A stretch of 64,000 nt of DNA from Lytechinus pictus (Eukaryota): the NCBI RefSeq assembly GCF_037042905.1, contig NC_087251.1, forward strand, positions 6,698,001-6,762,000, in the 5' to 3' direction. The notes under the pieces were generated by a model. It was not told the DNA's origin and did no database searches. It saw only the letters and a program-made list of their open reading frames with translations. A program made the translations under genes and the position numbers. The first letter of the stretch is position 1; each line of letters opens with the position of its first letter. Positions 1-14,256 of the stretch are shown one piece after another.

Positions 1-837
1 TATTTTATTTTCCTCCTTATAATTGTAAAAAATGAATTTATTCATCTCTAAACAATCAAGATGTATACTTACTGCACGGCTGTGTTGTAAACCTATGGTG
101 ATTCAATCAAGAGGATTTTAATTGTAAATCTACATCACAATGTTTAATAGAAGAAGTCGTGAGAGTGTGGTATCATTTGCCCTCTCATTGGCATATCACT
201 AATGTTTTGGTTACCATTATTTTTTTTTAAATAAGCAAAACTCTAAATTTCATAACTTTTTAACTATGCATTTGATTTTGATGAATTTTCACTCTTCATT
301 TTCTTTATTTCTTGGGTAGGACTTGATCTTTAGTGATGTACCAACATTCATTCATTTTATATTGTCAGTGTAGGGGCTTAATGACCCTATAGAAAAAAAA
401 TGCTTGGGAGTTTGGGTCTAAAAAAAAGTACTGGTAATTAGTTAACCACAGAATGTCAGTTGTTGAATAGTACTGGTCGGTGAGTTTGCAGCTCTAGTAT
501 GTATACTGGTAGAACTGCTGTAGAATTACAGTATCAATGTATTTCGACCCTTAGTGCAATTAAACCCTTTTCTATGCAATCTATTTGTCTATGTGCTAAA
601 GGGAAAATGTGTAGAGTATTGGAGAAGTATAAACTGTTCAACCAATCATGATTTTTCAATTTGTATGTTTACTAGCACTTTTACATTATATTTCCTATAA
701 AAAGAATATTTTGTGTGCAACTTTCTGTTAACACATGTTTATATTATACATGTAACTTATTCTGCCTTAATATTGCTAGAATTCAGATATTGTCCTATCA
801 GCTATTGTAGGAGTCATTCAAAATGCATTTGTGAAAC

Positions 838-2176
838 CAGTGGCGTAACTATGGGGGGCACATGCCCCCCCCAATCGGCTGGCCCCCTCAAAAAAAAAAA
901 AACGGGGAAAGGAGAAAAAGAGGGAGAAGGAAGAGAAACGTAGTGGGGAAAGAAGAAATTATTGTTCATTATAATGTTATATTATATTTTGTTATATTAC
1001 ATAAGAAGCATTTTTCATAACTTTATGAAACATTAATTGCTCAGGGCCTATGTCTTTATTGTCCCTGGTGCTCGCATAGACTGTTTAACGAGATATATAA
1101 CAGGGTTGTGAGAGTTCAGATTTTTATCTGATTTCAATTTTTTTTTTTTTTTATTGTCAGCTTAATTTTAGCTTATTTTTGGCTTTCCTCTGTGCAAAAA
1201 GTATGGGAGCTCTTTCTTTTTCAGACTTTTTCAACACTCTTCAGCTTTTTTCAGATCTTTTTATTTGTGACCACTCACACCCCTGATATAATCCTGTTGT
1301 ACTAAAACCTCCCGTTTTCAAATCAATATACTGTACACCAAATATATTTCCTCACAATTCGAGTTATTATTGTTTCATTTTTCATGCCTACTTAAAGTGA
1401 TTGCCCTATTTTAAGGTCTTAATATAAAACATTTCCTGTCTGTGCTAACATTCGCATTCGTTGATTGGTGAGATGTCTGCTCTTCATGAATTCCTAAAAT
1501 CAGTTCTTAAAATGTCAATTTTTCTAATCTCAATATCAAAAATTTTCAGCCTGTGCTTCGCGCTCGCATCATTTGGCTAGTGAAATGTGTACGGTCTTAG
1601 TGAATTCCTGCAAACAAGCCTTAGAATGCCCCTCTTCAGGTCTGAATTTCCTAATTTTTCAGCTCGCGCTTCGCGCTCGTAGTATCTGATTAGTGAGATG
1701 CATATGATAATCATAATTACAATGACTACAAAAAGTGCTAAATGTGTTTAGATGTAATTCTAACAAAATCAGCAAAGGATGGCACTTGCATTAGATGACT
1801 ATGCTGAGATATGTATACTCTTAATGGATTCCTAAACTATAGTCCTTAAAATGTCAGTTTGGGGTCAATATATACAAAAATTTCAACTCTCGCTTCATGC
1901 TCGCATTGTTTGTTTAGCGAGACAGGTACGTATCATGATTACACAAAATTTGCTTATGTCCCTTTTTAGGTCTGAATATCAAAACTTTTCAGCTCGCGCT
2001 TCGCGCGCGCATTATTTAATCAGTGAGATACATATCCGTTTAATGGCACTGCATGTCCTTAAAATGTCTCTATTAGGTCAGTATACCTGGCAACTGAGCG
2101 CGCTTTGCGCGCTCCCTAAGTGACTCGAAATTTTTGCTGGTGCCCCCACAATACTGTGACCCATTGCACGCCACTG
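838..2176. mobile_element. Non-autonomous hAT-like DNA transposon
   Basis: TIRs CAGTGGCGT...ACGCCACTG; exact 8-bp TSD TGTGAAAC (830-837 and 2177-2184); internal recurring TTTTCAGCTCGCGCTTCGCGCTCG motifs. Confidence 0.9.
1101..1285. mobile_element. Small MITE nested in the hAT-like element
   Basis: TIRs CAGGGTTGTGAG...CTCACACCCCTG; ATATAA present on both flanks. Confidence 0.7.
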
Positions 2177-2559
2177 TGTGAAACTGAATGCAGTTTATGA
2201 CCAACCACCCCTTCTATGGAAGAGATAATTAAGTCATTGCATAAAAAATTGCTCTCAATTTCCTTGAATCAATTTGAATGAAAATGGGAAATTGCTGGAA
2301 ACATATTTTTGCCAGGGTTAGATGGCACAATTGATGTCAAAGAAAACATTTTATTATTTTCATGCTCTGTGTGACTACTATTGTTGAAATCATAAGATAT
2401 ATCCTGACCATGATCCCTTTTTTTTTCTTTGCATGACGAAAACCTCTGTTTGATAACACTATACCCCAGATTTTCTCAATGAATTCTCTTCTCCAAGTAC
2501 GAAAACCCTACTGCCCCAGGCATGCAATGTAAGAATCAAAACACCTGTTTCTTGACCTC

Positions 2560-3120
2560 GGTCCGAAAATAACACAACAGCCCGAGTGCGGTCCGGGAAA
2601 ACATGTCGCCATTTTTCATTCACTTACTTTCCTTATTTCGAGGTTGATTTTCTTCGTTCGAAATTGAAAATGGGCTAGCATTGAATTTCTGAATACAATA
2701 TGCCTTTGAAAACGTGATTAAATATCGAATACAATAATTTAATTCCGAAGGTCCTTCTACAGGCAGAGAAGACTTACGTAATAGCACAGCTGTTGTTTAT
2801 CATTTCGTCCTTGGCTCAACGCTCATAATCTGGCCTGTGGGGATTACCTGGCCAAGCGGGGTTGATCAGGCGGGTGTTTCATAAAGCTGTTCGTAAGTTA
2901 AGATCGAGCGACTGGTGATTATGTCTTGCGGTAAATGGTACAAACCATTGGTGATGATCACCAGTCGTTGTTAAAGTCGCTCTTAACTTACGAACAGCTT
3001 TATAAAACGACCCCCAGGGCTTGGAAATGATGTTTTAGATTTTCAAATGCAAAATGGGGTGAAATACCGCAGTTTGCAATTTGAACTGCGGTCCGTTCCC
3101 AAACGGGGGTAAGACGTAAT
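2560..3120. promoter_or_regulatory. Possible promoter or first-exon region of an unidentified gene, probably running leftwards
   Basis: Local CpG enrichment; YY1-like AAAATGGCG on the minus strand near 2606-2614; minus-strand GTAAGT donors at 2627 and 2777; plus-strand GTAAGA at about 3109. Confidence 0.3.
2870..3014. mobile_element. Palindromic MITE family A, copy 1 (PIF/Harbinger-like)
   Basis: TIR GTTTCATAAAGCTGTTCGTAAGTTAAGA and its reverse complement; CAG on both flanks; sister copies at 25313 and 38999. Confidence 0.85.
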
Positions 3121-3236
3121 GGTAGTTTTAATAATGTACATACTTGTCTTTGTCTTTCCGTTAATGCCCACAATCATTACAATGATTATTATGGCATATG
3201 AACGTCAAGATTGACTTGACCTGAATTTTTCCGGGA

Positions 3237-3546
3237 TCGGCAGGTGCAATACACCGGGTGAACACCCTACTCTTTGACGAATAGTGTATTGGTTTTAACG
3301 TGCATAGGTTGTGACTCTCCTATACACGGGACCAACATTTGCGTCCTTTCCGATGGACGGAGTGTTTTCCAACTGCATTCACACCTGCACTGAATACAGT
3401 GGTGAGGCACGCTAACACACAAAGTTATAGCATCAGATTTTTTTGTCAGACACGTTTCGGCATGAGCGGGACTCGAACCCCTCACGTTGAGATCTACGAT
3501 CTTATCCGAAACATGCGCTCTAACCGACTGAGCTACGCTGCCTCCC
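3237..3546 (-). mobile_element. tRNA-derived SINE, 3'-truncated (family S1)
   Basis: Minus-strand head with A box TAGCTCAGTCGG and B box GGTTCGAGTCC; central domain shared with 44471-44896. Confidence 0.8.
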
Positions 3547-6500
3547 AGTGTCTCAGGCCTACTGTAGAAGTTATTGTGATGATTTCGCATAACAGAACAC
3601 TTATGATTTCAAATTATTTTCATTCATGATGTCACCTGATGTGTGGTAAATATAAATTCTTCATAAAGATGCAGAAATTCAGGAAAAAATGGTTGCCTGC
3701 CATGAAAAAAAATGAACAAAGTAGATTTGTTTGGGGCATTAAAGTAAACTCACATGTACATATATACTTGGTTAGAGCACCAACATCATTCATCATCGTA
3801 ATACAGGACATCATAGTATTTTAATGTGGATCGTCAAATTAATATTGTTTTCATGACTGCCATTGTATTTATTTTCATATTTGTTTCACAGTGCAAATTC
3901 TAATATTTGTTATTTACATGATTATGTGAATTTGATTATTTCCAAGCTCTCATGTGATCTTGACTCAACATGATTGGGAATTATAATGTATGAAATCCCT
4001 CTCTCGCAGTATTGCAATATCTTAACTTTGTCTTTAAAGAATGGACAAATGTGTCTTTGTATCTAAATAACCTGATCATTTCAATCCTATACATGTTTGT
4101 AGGTTCCTAAGTCCTAACCAAACTATTTGTACTTGGATAGTATTTTTTTTTTAACTTTCAATTTAAATAGCTAACTGCATAAATTATTGTTAAAACAATT
4201 GATTTTAGAGCAAGGTTGATGAATCACACCTTATAGAAGGAGGAGGTGATCTCCTTAGTTAGATGCTAATTTGATGGTAATGATAAAATTATTTTAGAGA
4301 CCTTGTACAAGAACGATTCATTGTAGAACCTGTGGGATAACATCAAGAAAGATCCTGACCTCAGACTAACCTATTATCAGACAGACTTTGTTTTGCTTTA
4401 TCTCCTGCACCTAACCAGGGGATCATCAAATTCACATCTGAGCCAAGAACCCCCCCCCCTTCCCCTTCTCCTCATTGACATTGCTCTTCAGATTGATAGA
4501 TCAGCTGTTTTATCAATGTTTTTATACATGAGTTGAGTAGAAATAGATAGTAGGCAATATTTACACCCCTTCAGTTTAAAAAGCTTTATGATTCAGTTTA
4601 GGCAAAACATCACTTTTAACAAATAGTCTTTTTTCTTTCAAAGACAAACTTTACTATATTGCAATACTTTTGACTTGGGAAGGTATGTGTAGTTTACAAT
4701 ATTATAAAATGTTGCCAAATATTCATTACTATATAGCAGCGTATCAATGCTAAATATGGTGCTGTTCTGCCCAGCTTCCTTGTTACTTTCAGGATCAGTC
4801 TGTAAATCTTCTATTTATTTGTAACAAAGTTTATTTTGTTTTCTCAGTATTAATGACTTCAAAAATGGGCATGAATTATTTATTTTGTATCTACATGTAT
4901 ACTTCTCATTACTGTAGTTGCGACAAGTTACCCATTGTAAAATTCATGATTAGATGTTTGATCAGGTCACTTAACCATTGTTTGTTACATACATGTATTT
5001 GAAAGGAACTTCCATTTATGTTACTGATGACAAACCAGCAGTATTTCAGATGACTGTAGTTATTTCTTTATATTTGATATGTAATTGAAAAGATATGTCA
5101 TTGAAAAGAGTTTTGGAATTTATCAATATAACTCATTTCATTTTTGGAACTTAAAAAATGTTTGGAGCATGTATCATCCAAGTAAATTATTACAGGGGGC
5201 CCAATCTAAAGTTTATATTGGTATTTAAAACCAAATAATAAATCTCTTATTGTAATGGTGTGAATTTCATTAATTGCTAACATTCATGAATTGTGTTCTT
5301 CACATGAGCAGTATAAACTCATTGAATCAATTTGCCCAATATATACTTTCATACAGAATTAATGCTCATGTGGTTCTCAATAGAAATTATTATATTTTCT
5401 TTACATACTGTATGGATATTGTCACCAAATCTTTATGAAAAGATTTGATAATAAAATAATAATTTGAAGAAAAAAAAAGAGTACTAATATTGTTAAATAA
5501 GTATTGCCAAGTTTCTAATCATGCCTTTTGTATTTATTTTAAAAAACAATTCATTGAAGGTTTATTTTTACAAAGTAATTAAGTATTGCAAAAAGTATTT
5601 AATCTCATTTCAGATGATTTGGGGTTTATTGAATAAAAGAAACTTAAATGATACCCCTTCCCAAACAAATTCTATGTTGGGTCAAAATAATGATTGAATA
5701 ATTTTCACATAATTTAATTTTCATGTTTACTCTTTCCTTAAACAGTACTTTACCAAGTGTTGTCTTTTTATCCATCTTGTTGAGTTGATTTGGCCTAAAT
5801 TTTGTATGAACAACTTGAATTTTCAATTACATGTATTGTAATAACATGAAATATTTCAGATAAAATCCATAAAGAAATATAACGAAACAAAAGAATTGCT
5901 TTTATTTGAAATTTGATGTAAAAGGAAAGTTTTTTAAAGTAATGTTATACATGATTTAATGGATTGTATTAATGATTGCTATGTGTTAAATATAGCTGCA
6001 CATTTCTTGTAATGTAAGGTCAAGCCTGAAATAGCAAATTGCAATAATGTGGTGAAGTAGCCTATGTATTTATGATGTTATAAGCTATCCATCCAAATAT
6101 AAAGATTAACCTAAGTGGTACGAATTTTCATACAAAAATTATCAAATAGCATTTTGATTACATTGATAGAAAACCAAACATAAAAGTGGTATGTAACGCA
6201 TTAATGTTATATTAATGACAGTAAATGATTAAAAGGAGTGTTCACGTTTGTGTAGCTGCTATCTAATGATAAACATTTCTTTTGTCCATTGATGTCTACA
6301 GCGATGTGTAATATCTATAATATCACTGATATATATTGAATGGGATTTTGGTCAGTATCATGCTTCGAGCACTCTTGAAAATAAATGTAAAATTGTGCTG
6401 GAAAAGAAACTGTCAGTTGTACTGTTTGTGTACAAAATAATATGCATACTTTATGCATTATGTGAAATGAGAATTTGAATCTAGCACTTAAAGAGATAAG

Positions 6501-7080
6501 CCTTAAATGTATAAATAAATGTAAAAACACATCCAAACAGAAGGTCACATACAAAAATATATACATGTCTTTAAGTTTCATATCTTTATTTAAAAAGAAA
6601 TAGAATCAGATATCTATTTACAATTCACATATACGCAAAAGAGTATGTGTAGGCACCTTGGCAAAGTCAATGCCATGTCTTTCCTTTTTATTTTCACAGC
6701 TACTGTATAAGACTATACAAACATTTGCTAGAAAATGCGGCAAAGACTTTTAAGGTTCCTCAAAAAAGATGGTAAAATACATCAGATACCTCACCAGATA
6801 CTGAGTTTTGATAAGCTATGACTGAAATCATTTTTTAATGAGGGCTTGACTTTAAACATTTGTATTGGGGGCATGCTCTCTGAATTTTTTCCCAAAATAG
6901 TACACAAATCCTTGACCCCACTCACTTTTTTTTGGAGAGAGATAGAGAGACAGAGAAGGGGAGTCATTACACTGATGGTCTAGGGACTTGTAACGCACAC
7001 ATTCATATTAACAATTGTAACTTTTCGTACATGTGTTGTCATGGACTGAAAATTACACTTACATGAACAATTCAATTAAT

Positions 7081-7408
7081 AATTATAATAGTTAATTTAT
7101 ATAGCGCATAATACATAATGTTTCCAAGCACTTTACATTATTATTACTTGGTCATCAGATCCTGGCATGCCTGCACACAATGTATGCACTTTCGCTGGGG
7201 AGCATTCCAACAAGAGTTCCGAGATTTATTTGCTAAGCATACTACATAGGTTTCCAAATCATACCAGGCACTCATTTATCACCTGGGTGGAGAGTGGCAA
7301 AGTGTGGATTGATGCCTTGCCAGAAGACCCTAGGCCACAGTGGGATTTGAACACATGGCCCTCTTGATTACAAGGCTAGAGTCAGAACCACTGCACCATG
7401 ACTCTTCC
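7081..7408 (-). mobile_element. tRNA-derived SINE (family S2)
   Basis: Minus-strand head with degenerate A/B boxes (TGGTGCAGTGG, TGTTCAAATCC), CCACCCAGGTGATAAATGAGT core and an L2-like tail GCGCTATATAAA. Confidence 0.75.
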
Positions 7409-8499
7409 AAAATTAACACTTTATATTACAGGGCCCAATTGATTCACTTTAAATATAAATAATACCACATGAGTATTACTTTAAATCTCAATTAAACTTC
7501 TCAATCTCATCAAATGAACAAGAATCTTCTGTTATCAGTCCATGAATTTTTTCAAAGTTAATTTCTTTTTCTTTTTTTATTTAAATAAGAATTTTACTTG
7601 GAATATTGTAACATAATGAAATAATGGGTATGATAAAACTAAAGTACTTGTAATGGTTTTGCTTTTATCTTATATATCTACCATATCATGATGTAACAAG
7701 AATTTTTTTTACCTATTTATACCTCTTTTCCTCTTGAAAATAAATTTGTCATCCATTTTGACCTTTTTGTGATTGAGCTTTCAAAAAAAAAAGTTTAATA
7801 GAAATAATCCTTATTTGCTAACTGACAAGACTTAGTCACTAGTCAATACCACAGTTAGCACTATTTCACTACTCTTTTCCTTCTTGAATGTGGAATGAAA
7901 TTTAAAAACAAAACAGTAAAGGACTTGGAATAAAAGTCAATCAAAGATCGAAGAACCAGGAAAAATTCACCTTTTGCCTCCTAGACACAGATCAACCCAG
8001 TACTAAAAGACTGGACAAAAAAATATTTCACAGGATCTTGTCTGGAGAACACTAGTATATATTTTCTATGAGGATACATTTACACATTTATCATTAGCAT
8101 AGTAGCATGGCTTTGTATTCCACTTCTATAAAAACAGAGACTGTCATGGGGGTTGTTAATAGCATTAACAGAGCTTTATAACAAATTGAATGTGGAGTAG
8201 TCTATCTAGGTACTTCATTGTAATTCATTACACTATTTCACTGTGCCAAAATGTAATTTCAATTATATAAATTTTGAAAAACGTTTTTGAAAAAAGTTCA
8301 CAATCTTATTTCTTACAACTCAGGACATATTTGGTGACAGAAGATACCTTTTTATGAAGCAGAAAAGGATAATTAGTTTACAAAACAAAAATATTAACTT
8401 TAATAATGAAACCTTAGTATGTTATTAATACATTGGGATCTAATCTTACAACGGGAAAATAATTTTGATAAGGTGTGCAATCAATGCTCTACAATGAAT

Positions 8500-11400
8500 T
8501 CATCTATCTACAGAAGCTTTATCTTGTTTCTCCTTTTCTTTGATCTTAAGTTGTTGCATGCGGAATGTCTCTTGGTTCTTCTTGAGTATCTGATTAATAC
8601 AGTATTCACTCTCCTGACCAACTTCAGTCAATCTAAGATCAAGGTCTCTCACTATAGCATTCTCCTCCATTCCTTCCTGAACTTGCTTTCCTCCATCCTA
8701 AAATAGGAATGTAACAAGAAGATAGAAGTTTTTAATGAATTAAAATGAATAATGATGAAATAATGACAAAGAAATTCAAGTACCAATATCTAATATACAT
8801 TGGAATAGAACACTCATTGTAATTGTAATCTTCAGCAAGAGATTTATCAAAATGATTGTTTTGCTCAGTATATTCTACACTAGGAGTTAGCATATCAATT
8901 GGCAACAATTTATTTTTCTTGACTTGACTTTTCCTTTTAGAGCGCACAAAGGAAAAATTCGGCATTGATATGCGTTTTGTAAGCTCAGTGGTATTATAAT
9001 CATTATTATACATGTCCTTCATCCAAAACATAACGGCCAATATTCACAAAGGTGGTTTTCAAAACCATCGGTTGAACCCATGGTTTATGCAGATTTTCTG
9101 TACAAAGTGTACTTATTTACTACATATATTAAAAAAAATGTCCAATGCTGATGCGCTCTTTTGTCACAGTGCGCCATATTGACGCCTTTGTGAATTTGGG
9201 CCAAGTTTTGATATTCGGTATGCTAAACTTTGTCCACAACATGCTTTCTAACAATCTGATAAAAATGGAAATCAATAGCATTTTCACACATGTCGAGAAG
9301 GGGATTTTTTTTTTCAATATAAAACTTTAAGGCATATATTGCATATACATTGTGGCAAACCCAAATCTATTTAAAATAAATGTAGTAAAACAATATATCT
9401 TGATGTATTGGTTATCTAGACATTTCTCAACTGATCAAAAAGTTAGACCTTGAAATAAAAAAAAATGGATATAGCACAAAGACTAACCTGACCAAGTCTA
9501 TTACAGGATACATTGATATTGACAAGAGTATCATTATTGATGAGAACTTGAGCCAATGAAGCAGCTGTTGGTTCACTCAATTCATTACTACCAATGTTGA
9601 TAGTTTCAAGAGTGGTATTCTTCATCACAGCTCTGCAGATTGCTTGTCCACCTATCATACAAAATTATGATACAACAATTATTACATTTACAGGTGATTA
9701 AAATCTTGATTTACACTTTGTATGGATCTGTAAATCAGTTTTAATATATCAAGGTAACAGACTTGCATGTCTTAATTTGATGTTAATATTTACTAGTTCA
9801 TAGTAGTGCTGCACAACATTGCTTAAATACTTAATCTTTTAAACAAGTGCAGTATTCGATATCAGGCTTTACCATTATTTGATATGTTACCTTAAAAATA
9901 TATTGAAGATATCACTGATTTTGAGGCGTGAATTTTAGGGGAATTAAGGCTGGGAAATATTGAAACAAATGCCGTGGGAGCATAATGGGAGAGTGTTATA
10001 TTGTGCAGCATTACTCATCAATTTCACCTTGTCATTCCCAAGACATTGGTTTCAAATGAAAATCAATGCTTATCTTATTTTAAATTGTTCTACTACTCTC
10101 GAAACTTAAATTTTCTTCTCTTGTCATTCCATTTCATTTTTACATAAATCCAATATAAGCTTGTTTCCCTGAACCAAAAACGGATTAAGACAGTATTATG
10201 GTCATACCTTCATCTCCCATCCTGTTTAGCCTTAGGTCCAGCTCCTTCAATGTTTCATTCTTTCCAAGAGCATGCCCAATAGCACCTGCCCCTGAAGACC
10301 TTATCCGATTGTTTGATAGATCCAGCTTGGTCAATTTGCAGTGTCCATTCAAGAATTTACCTATGGCCCTGGCTCCATGATCACTGATGATATTGTGTGA
10401 GAGGTCAAGCTCTTGTAATGATGGATGGTCTAGGATGTGGGCAATGAGAACCCTAGCTTTGTCATCATCTACCTTGCTTCTATGGAGCTGGAACTTCTTG
10501 AGCTGACTGCATTTCTTGATGCACTTGGAGAGGAGCATGCAATCCCTTGCAGTAAACTGGAAGAGATTCCACTCAAAGTTCATCCCACAATCCCTTACTC
10601 CGTACGTCACACTAAACTCTTCAAGGTGAGGAAGCTTTGCAAGAGTGGTAGAAAACTCAAAGTGATCCATGACAGGTCCATCAAGACCAGCATCACTTCC
10701 AGTCTCAGAGATGTCATCCATGATCTTAGTTGGTTCTTCTTTGACCGGAGGCAGCAGCTGCTTGATATGGAGTCTCTTCACATAAGGAGCGCAGAGAGGC
10801 AATGTATTATCTACTAATGCCATGTCAGATGTCTCTGGCACAAAGTGTTCAATGATGTTCTCCAAGTGTGTTTCAAAGAACATGCGTTTCCAGCTGTCAC
10901 CATACTTTGATACATCACAGACTTCCTTACCAGCTTTGCATCTTCTCTGCCAATAGCCTTCATCTGATACAAGATGAGCTACTACTTTGAGTGGAAGATC
11001 CACAGAAATCTTTTCAAGGACTTTGGATTTGTACTTGGGGAGTAGTTCATCCAGCTTCGGGTGTTCTGTGAGAGCACAATGTAAAAAAAAAAGAAGTGTA
11101 AATCACAAACAAACATCAAAGCATAAGAGTGGTTCCATATTACATTTAAAAAGACATCATAACCGAAGCTAACTTCAACACTGGGGTACTGAAATTTGCC
11201 TTTCATTATAGGAATTTGTAGAATGGTCAGTGAAAAGTTCCAAAATAAAGAACAGAAAGTTAAATACATGTATGGGGTATGTACAAAACAAACAATTGAA
11301 AGCAATACTACTATACGATATTACTACTCAAGATGGATCAGGTGGGATAGTGGGTACATGCTTCTCCCTTTTGCCTCAAATTGGCATTGTGCCTTCCTTT

Positions 11401-12019
11401 TTCATGAGAATTGTCAGCCATTTTTAATGTGATGACCTACACTGTACATGTATACTTATTATTTTTAATTGTCAGCGTTTTCAGGGAGCAACTGCATAAA
11501 CACCTTTTTTCTTTGCTTGACATATATTTTAATTCAACTCGATAATGTCCTCTTTTGAAGTGAGAACTCCTTGCTTGTCAGAAAATTCTAACTAATTCTG
11601 TGCTCCCTCAATAATTCAACCCTGGATCCAGCCCAGCTATACTGCTACAATGAATACTAAAATTTGTTTTACATACAAGGTGCTTGAGAGCAAAAGTAAG
11701 CGATGCAATGTTGACTTGCGTAAGTACCTGCAAAATTAGTAACAATATGTGTTACACAAAGCTCTGTCAGGAGAGGTACAGTGGCCAGTGACCAATCAGG
11801 ATCCTCTGCAATAATGCGTCTCATATTACGATTGTCAGCTGCCGGATTAGTCTTAGCACTAGTAATGGGTGATGGTATAGACCGCTTTGCACTCCTCCCT
11901 CCCCTCTTTGCACTATTAGCATTGTTATTGACATTGCTTGTAGCATTATTATTTGCATTTGCATCTCCTTTCCCCCCTGCTGAGGACGGCTGATCTGAGA
12001 GAGGTGGTTCTGTTGTCAT
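8500..12019 (-). CDS. TCTE1: TCTE1/DRC5-like leucine-rich-repeat subunit of the nexin-dynein regulatory complex; 4 coding exons, 503 aa
   Basis: Exons (minus strand): 12019-11728, 11065-10208, 9651-9488, 8697-8500 (TGA). All introns are GT-AG with matching phases (1,1,0); total 1512 nt. Recognisable motifs: MRRIIAEDPDWSLATVPLLTELC, YGVRDCGMNFEWNLFQFT, LRRs LDLSHNIISDHGARAIGK, C-terminal DLRLTEVGQESEYCINQIL. Confidence 0.93.
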
Positions 12020-13404
12020 TATGACAATGTTGTTGTTGTCGTCATATAAAAACAATCTGAAATGAAGAAATAAAAAAAGAAAACAAAGGATTAAAAATTA
12101 TAGCCTGGGCTTGTTTTATCTGAAGTCCTCTTTTAAAGACCTAGACTTGACCCAAATAGTGAAATTTCCTAATCATATTCCAATCAAAAGCTGAAAAGCT
12201 ACTGAACACAGCAATGAAAGATCTATCCTTACCAGCTGCTTATTTAGGTTAAGAAAAACCCCATATACTGGGCTTCAAAAAATAAGCTTCTTTGTGTCTT
12301 TCACTGGCGGGAAATTTCATAAAATATGTACGTCCGACCCCCGAGACCTTAATTAAATTGTCTGTCTCTGATTTCTTGATCTTTTGACAGTCTGTAAAGT
12401 TCTCAAAGGACCATAACTTGGTCAGCTTATGAAGTGAAGTAAGACTTGAGAAAAATGGGGGTGGGATGTACAAAAAGGTTGATCATTTTATGGAATTGCC
12501 CTGGCCTAAAACACGTGACATCATGTGATAGTAGCGATGTGATTCCATAAGTTTGTAATAGAAAAAAAAAGGAGTGATTTTCCCACTTAACAGATTACGC
12601 ATTCTATTTTCTACACTTCCATCAGCCACCCTTATCATTTACAGCATGGTACCCCAAGTCTGACAGTGCCCCTTGTTTATGTTTGTCTGTCCATATGCAT
12701 ATCTGCGTAAATTACATAGTCAAAGTCAAAGACACACAACGTCCACAAAGTTTAGATCTATACCTGCAAAACATAATCAGATATTCATTAAAAATAGGTC
12801 AAAATTGTGAAATAATATTGAATCTTAGCTATTTCATGTTATTATTGTTATTTTTTTAAACAAGTGCACACCTAGACCAAAAGCTTCGGTCTCTGTTATG
12901 TTGGTTGTTCCGCTGAACTCCGTTGGCTCCACTCACCAAATACAGAGACTGAAGTTCTAGCGCGATCTGTACAGGGGACTCAATGGTCATATGTTTATGT
13001 ATTAAGTTCGGATAAAACAGGGAAGTGAAGTTGCGCGACAGCCGAAGTAAGTCACTGTTTTTTCCCCTTTTAAGTTTATTTTTCCCCATGTTGGTGCATT
13101 TCAGGCCAAAATGGAATAATAATCTTTATTTTGGTACAGTTCTTTTTGTATATTTTTATGAAATAAAGACAAAAATCGATGTGCCCCGTCGGGGGGATTT
13201 TGCATTGTTAATCATCTAATGGTGGCTGCACGATAGCGAGCGGTCTGTGTACAAGGAGAAATTTAAACAAAATAATGTTAAAAAACGCCTCGAAACAGAC
13301 GGCTGCCAGCTGTCTAGTGCACACCTAGTTAATGCTTAAATAATTTTTATCTAACATTTATTTGAATGCAGGATAAAATTAAAAGAGCACTAGTGCATGC
13401 TGTG

Positions 13405-13473
13405 GCAGGGCCAGGGGATTGAACTCCAGACTTTCCTGCGCCAGGTGCCTTAGACCACGGCATCTCATGGCCT
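13405..13473 (-). mobile_element. Degenerate SINE/tRNA-like head fragment
   Basis: Minus strand shows GTGGTCTAAGG and AGTTCAATCCCC box-like motifs only. Confidence 0.35.
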
Positions 13474-14256
13474 CATGCAACCTCCCCCCCCCCCCCCAAG
13501 TGAAAATGGGTGCGCAGATAGCCTAGGCTAGTATATATGCCATGGCCGGAGCCGGCCCAGAGGAACCTTTTTTTTTCAATCTGAAAATGAAAAGGAGAGA
13601 CACTTTGGAGGAAAGAAGATTAGAATAAACATTATAAAGGTAGTTTGGGGGGTCGGGTGTCCGGACACTTTATATTTTTGAAGCCTTCTTTTTTTTCTTT
13701 GGATTACACTAAAAATACGAATTCAATCGTTGTAATCATCTTCTATTTTGTTCTCTATTAATATTTCCTAACATTTTGTACTAAAAATTGATGAAACTTC
13801 GCTTGTAAATTTTTCCAAATGACTTTCTAAAATTGATCGTCCGGACACACAACAACTGGGTATACAATATCAACTTCAATTTTTGTAGAATTTTAAAGAA
13901 ATCGATGTTTAATCTTCAGTTCAAGTTTTAGTTAGGTGCGTAGACCCCCCCCCCCCCCCCTTCGGCTTTTTCAGTTTCATAGTCATACCACCACCAGCCC
14001 GAGGTGGACAGAGCGCACAACGACACTCAAGCCCCCCAGCGCAGCGGCGGCGGAGTTTTTGATTGTGTGGAGGTTCATCCAGTACCGTATCCGCATTTCG
14101 TCCGAAGCAGACAAATACTACGGTCCACTTTTATGTTCTTTTTCTTCCTGCTCACACAATATTATGACTGGAGATGAACACACATCGCTCTTAAATAATA
14201 ATGAAATCTAGTTGATAATAAGAATGGACGTCTCATATTTTAACAATATTTCTGTT

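Noticed and set aside
3455..3546. tRNA gene (also 28888-28950 and 44830-44896)
   Set aside because: A/B boxes are present but there is no proper cloverleaf and the sequence continues into SINE bodies.
3267..3629. Overlapping ~100-aa ORFs
   Set aside because: They lie within a SINE; no recognisable protein.
4100..4480. Exon-like purine-rich segments after ttttAG
   Set aside because: Stops in the frames examined and no consistent donors.
10437..10817. 126-aa plus-strand ORF
   Set aside because: Antisense shadow of the large TCTE1 exon.
12856..13332. TTAA-bounded old transposon
   Set aside because: Terminal repeats too degenerate to define with confidence.
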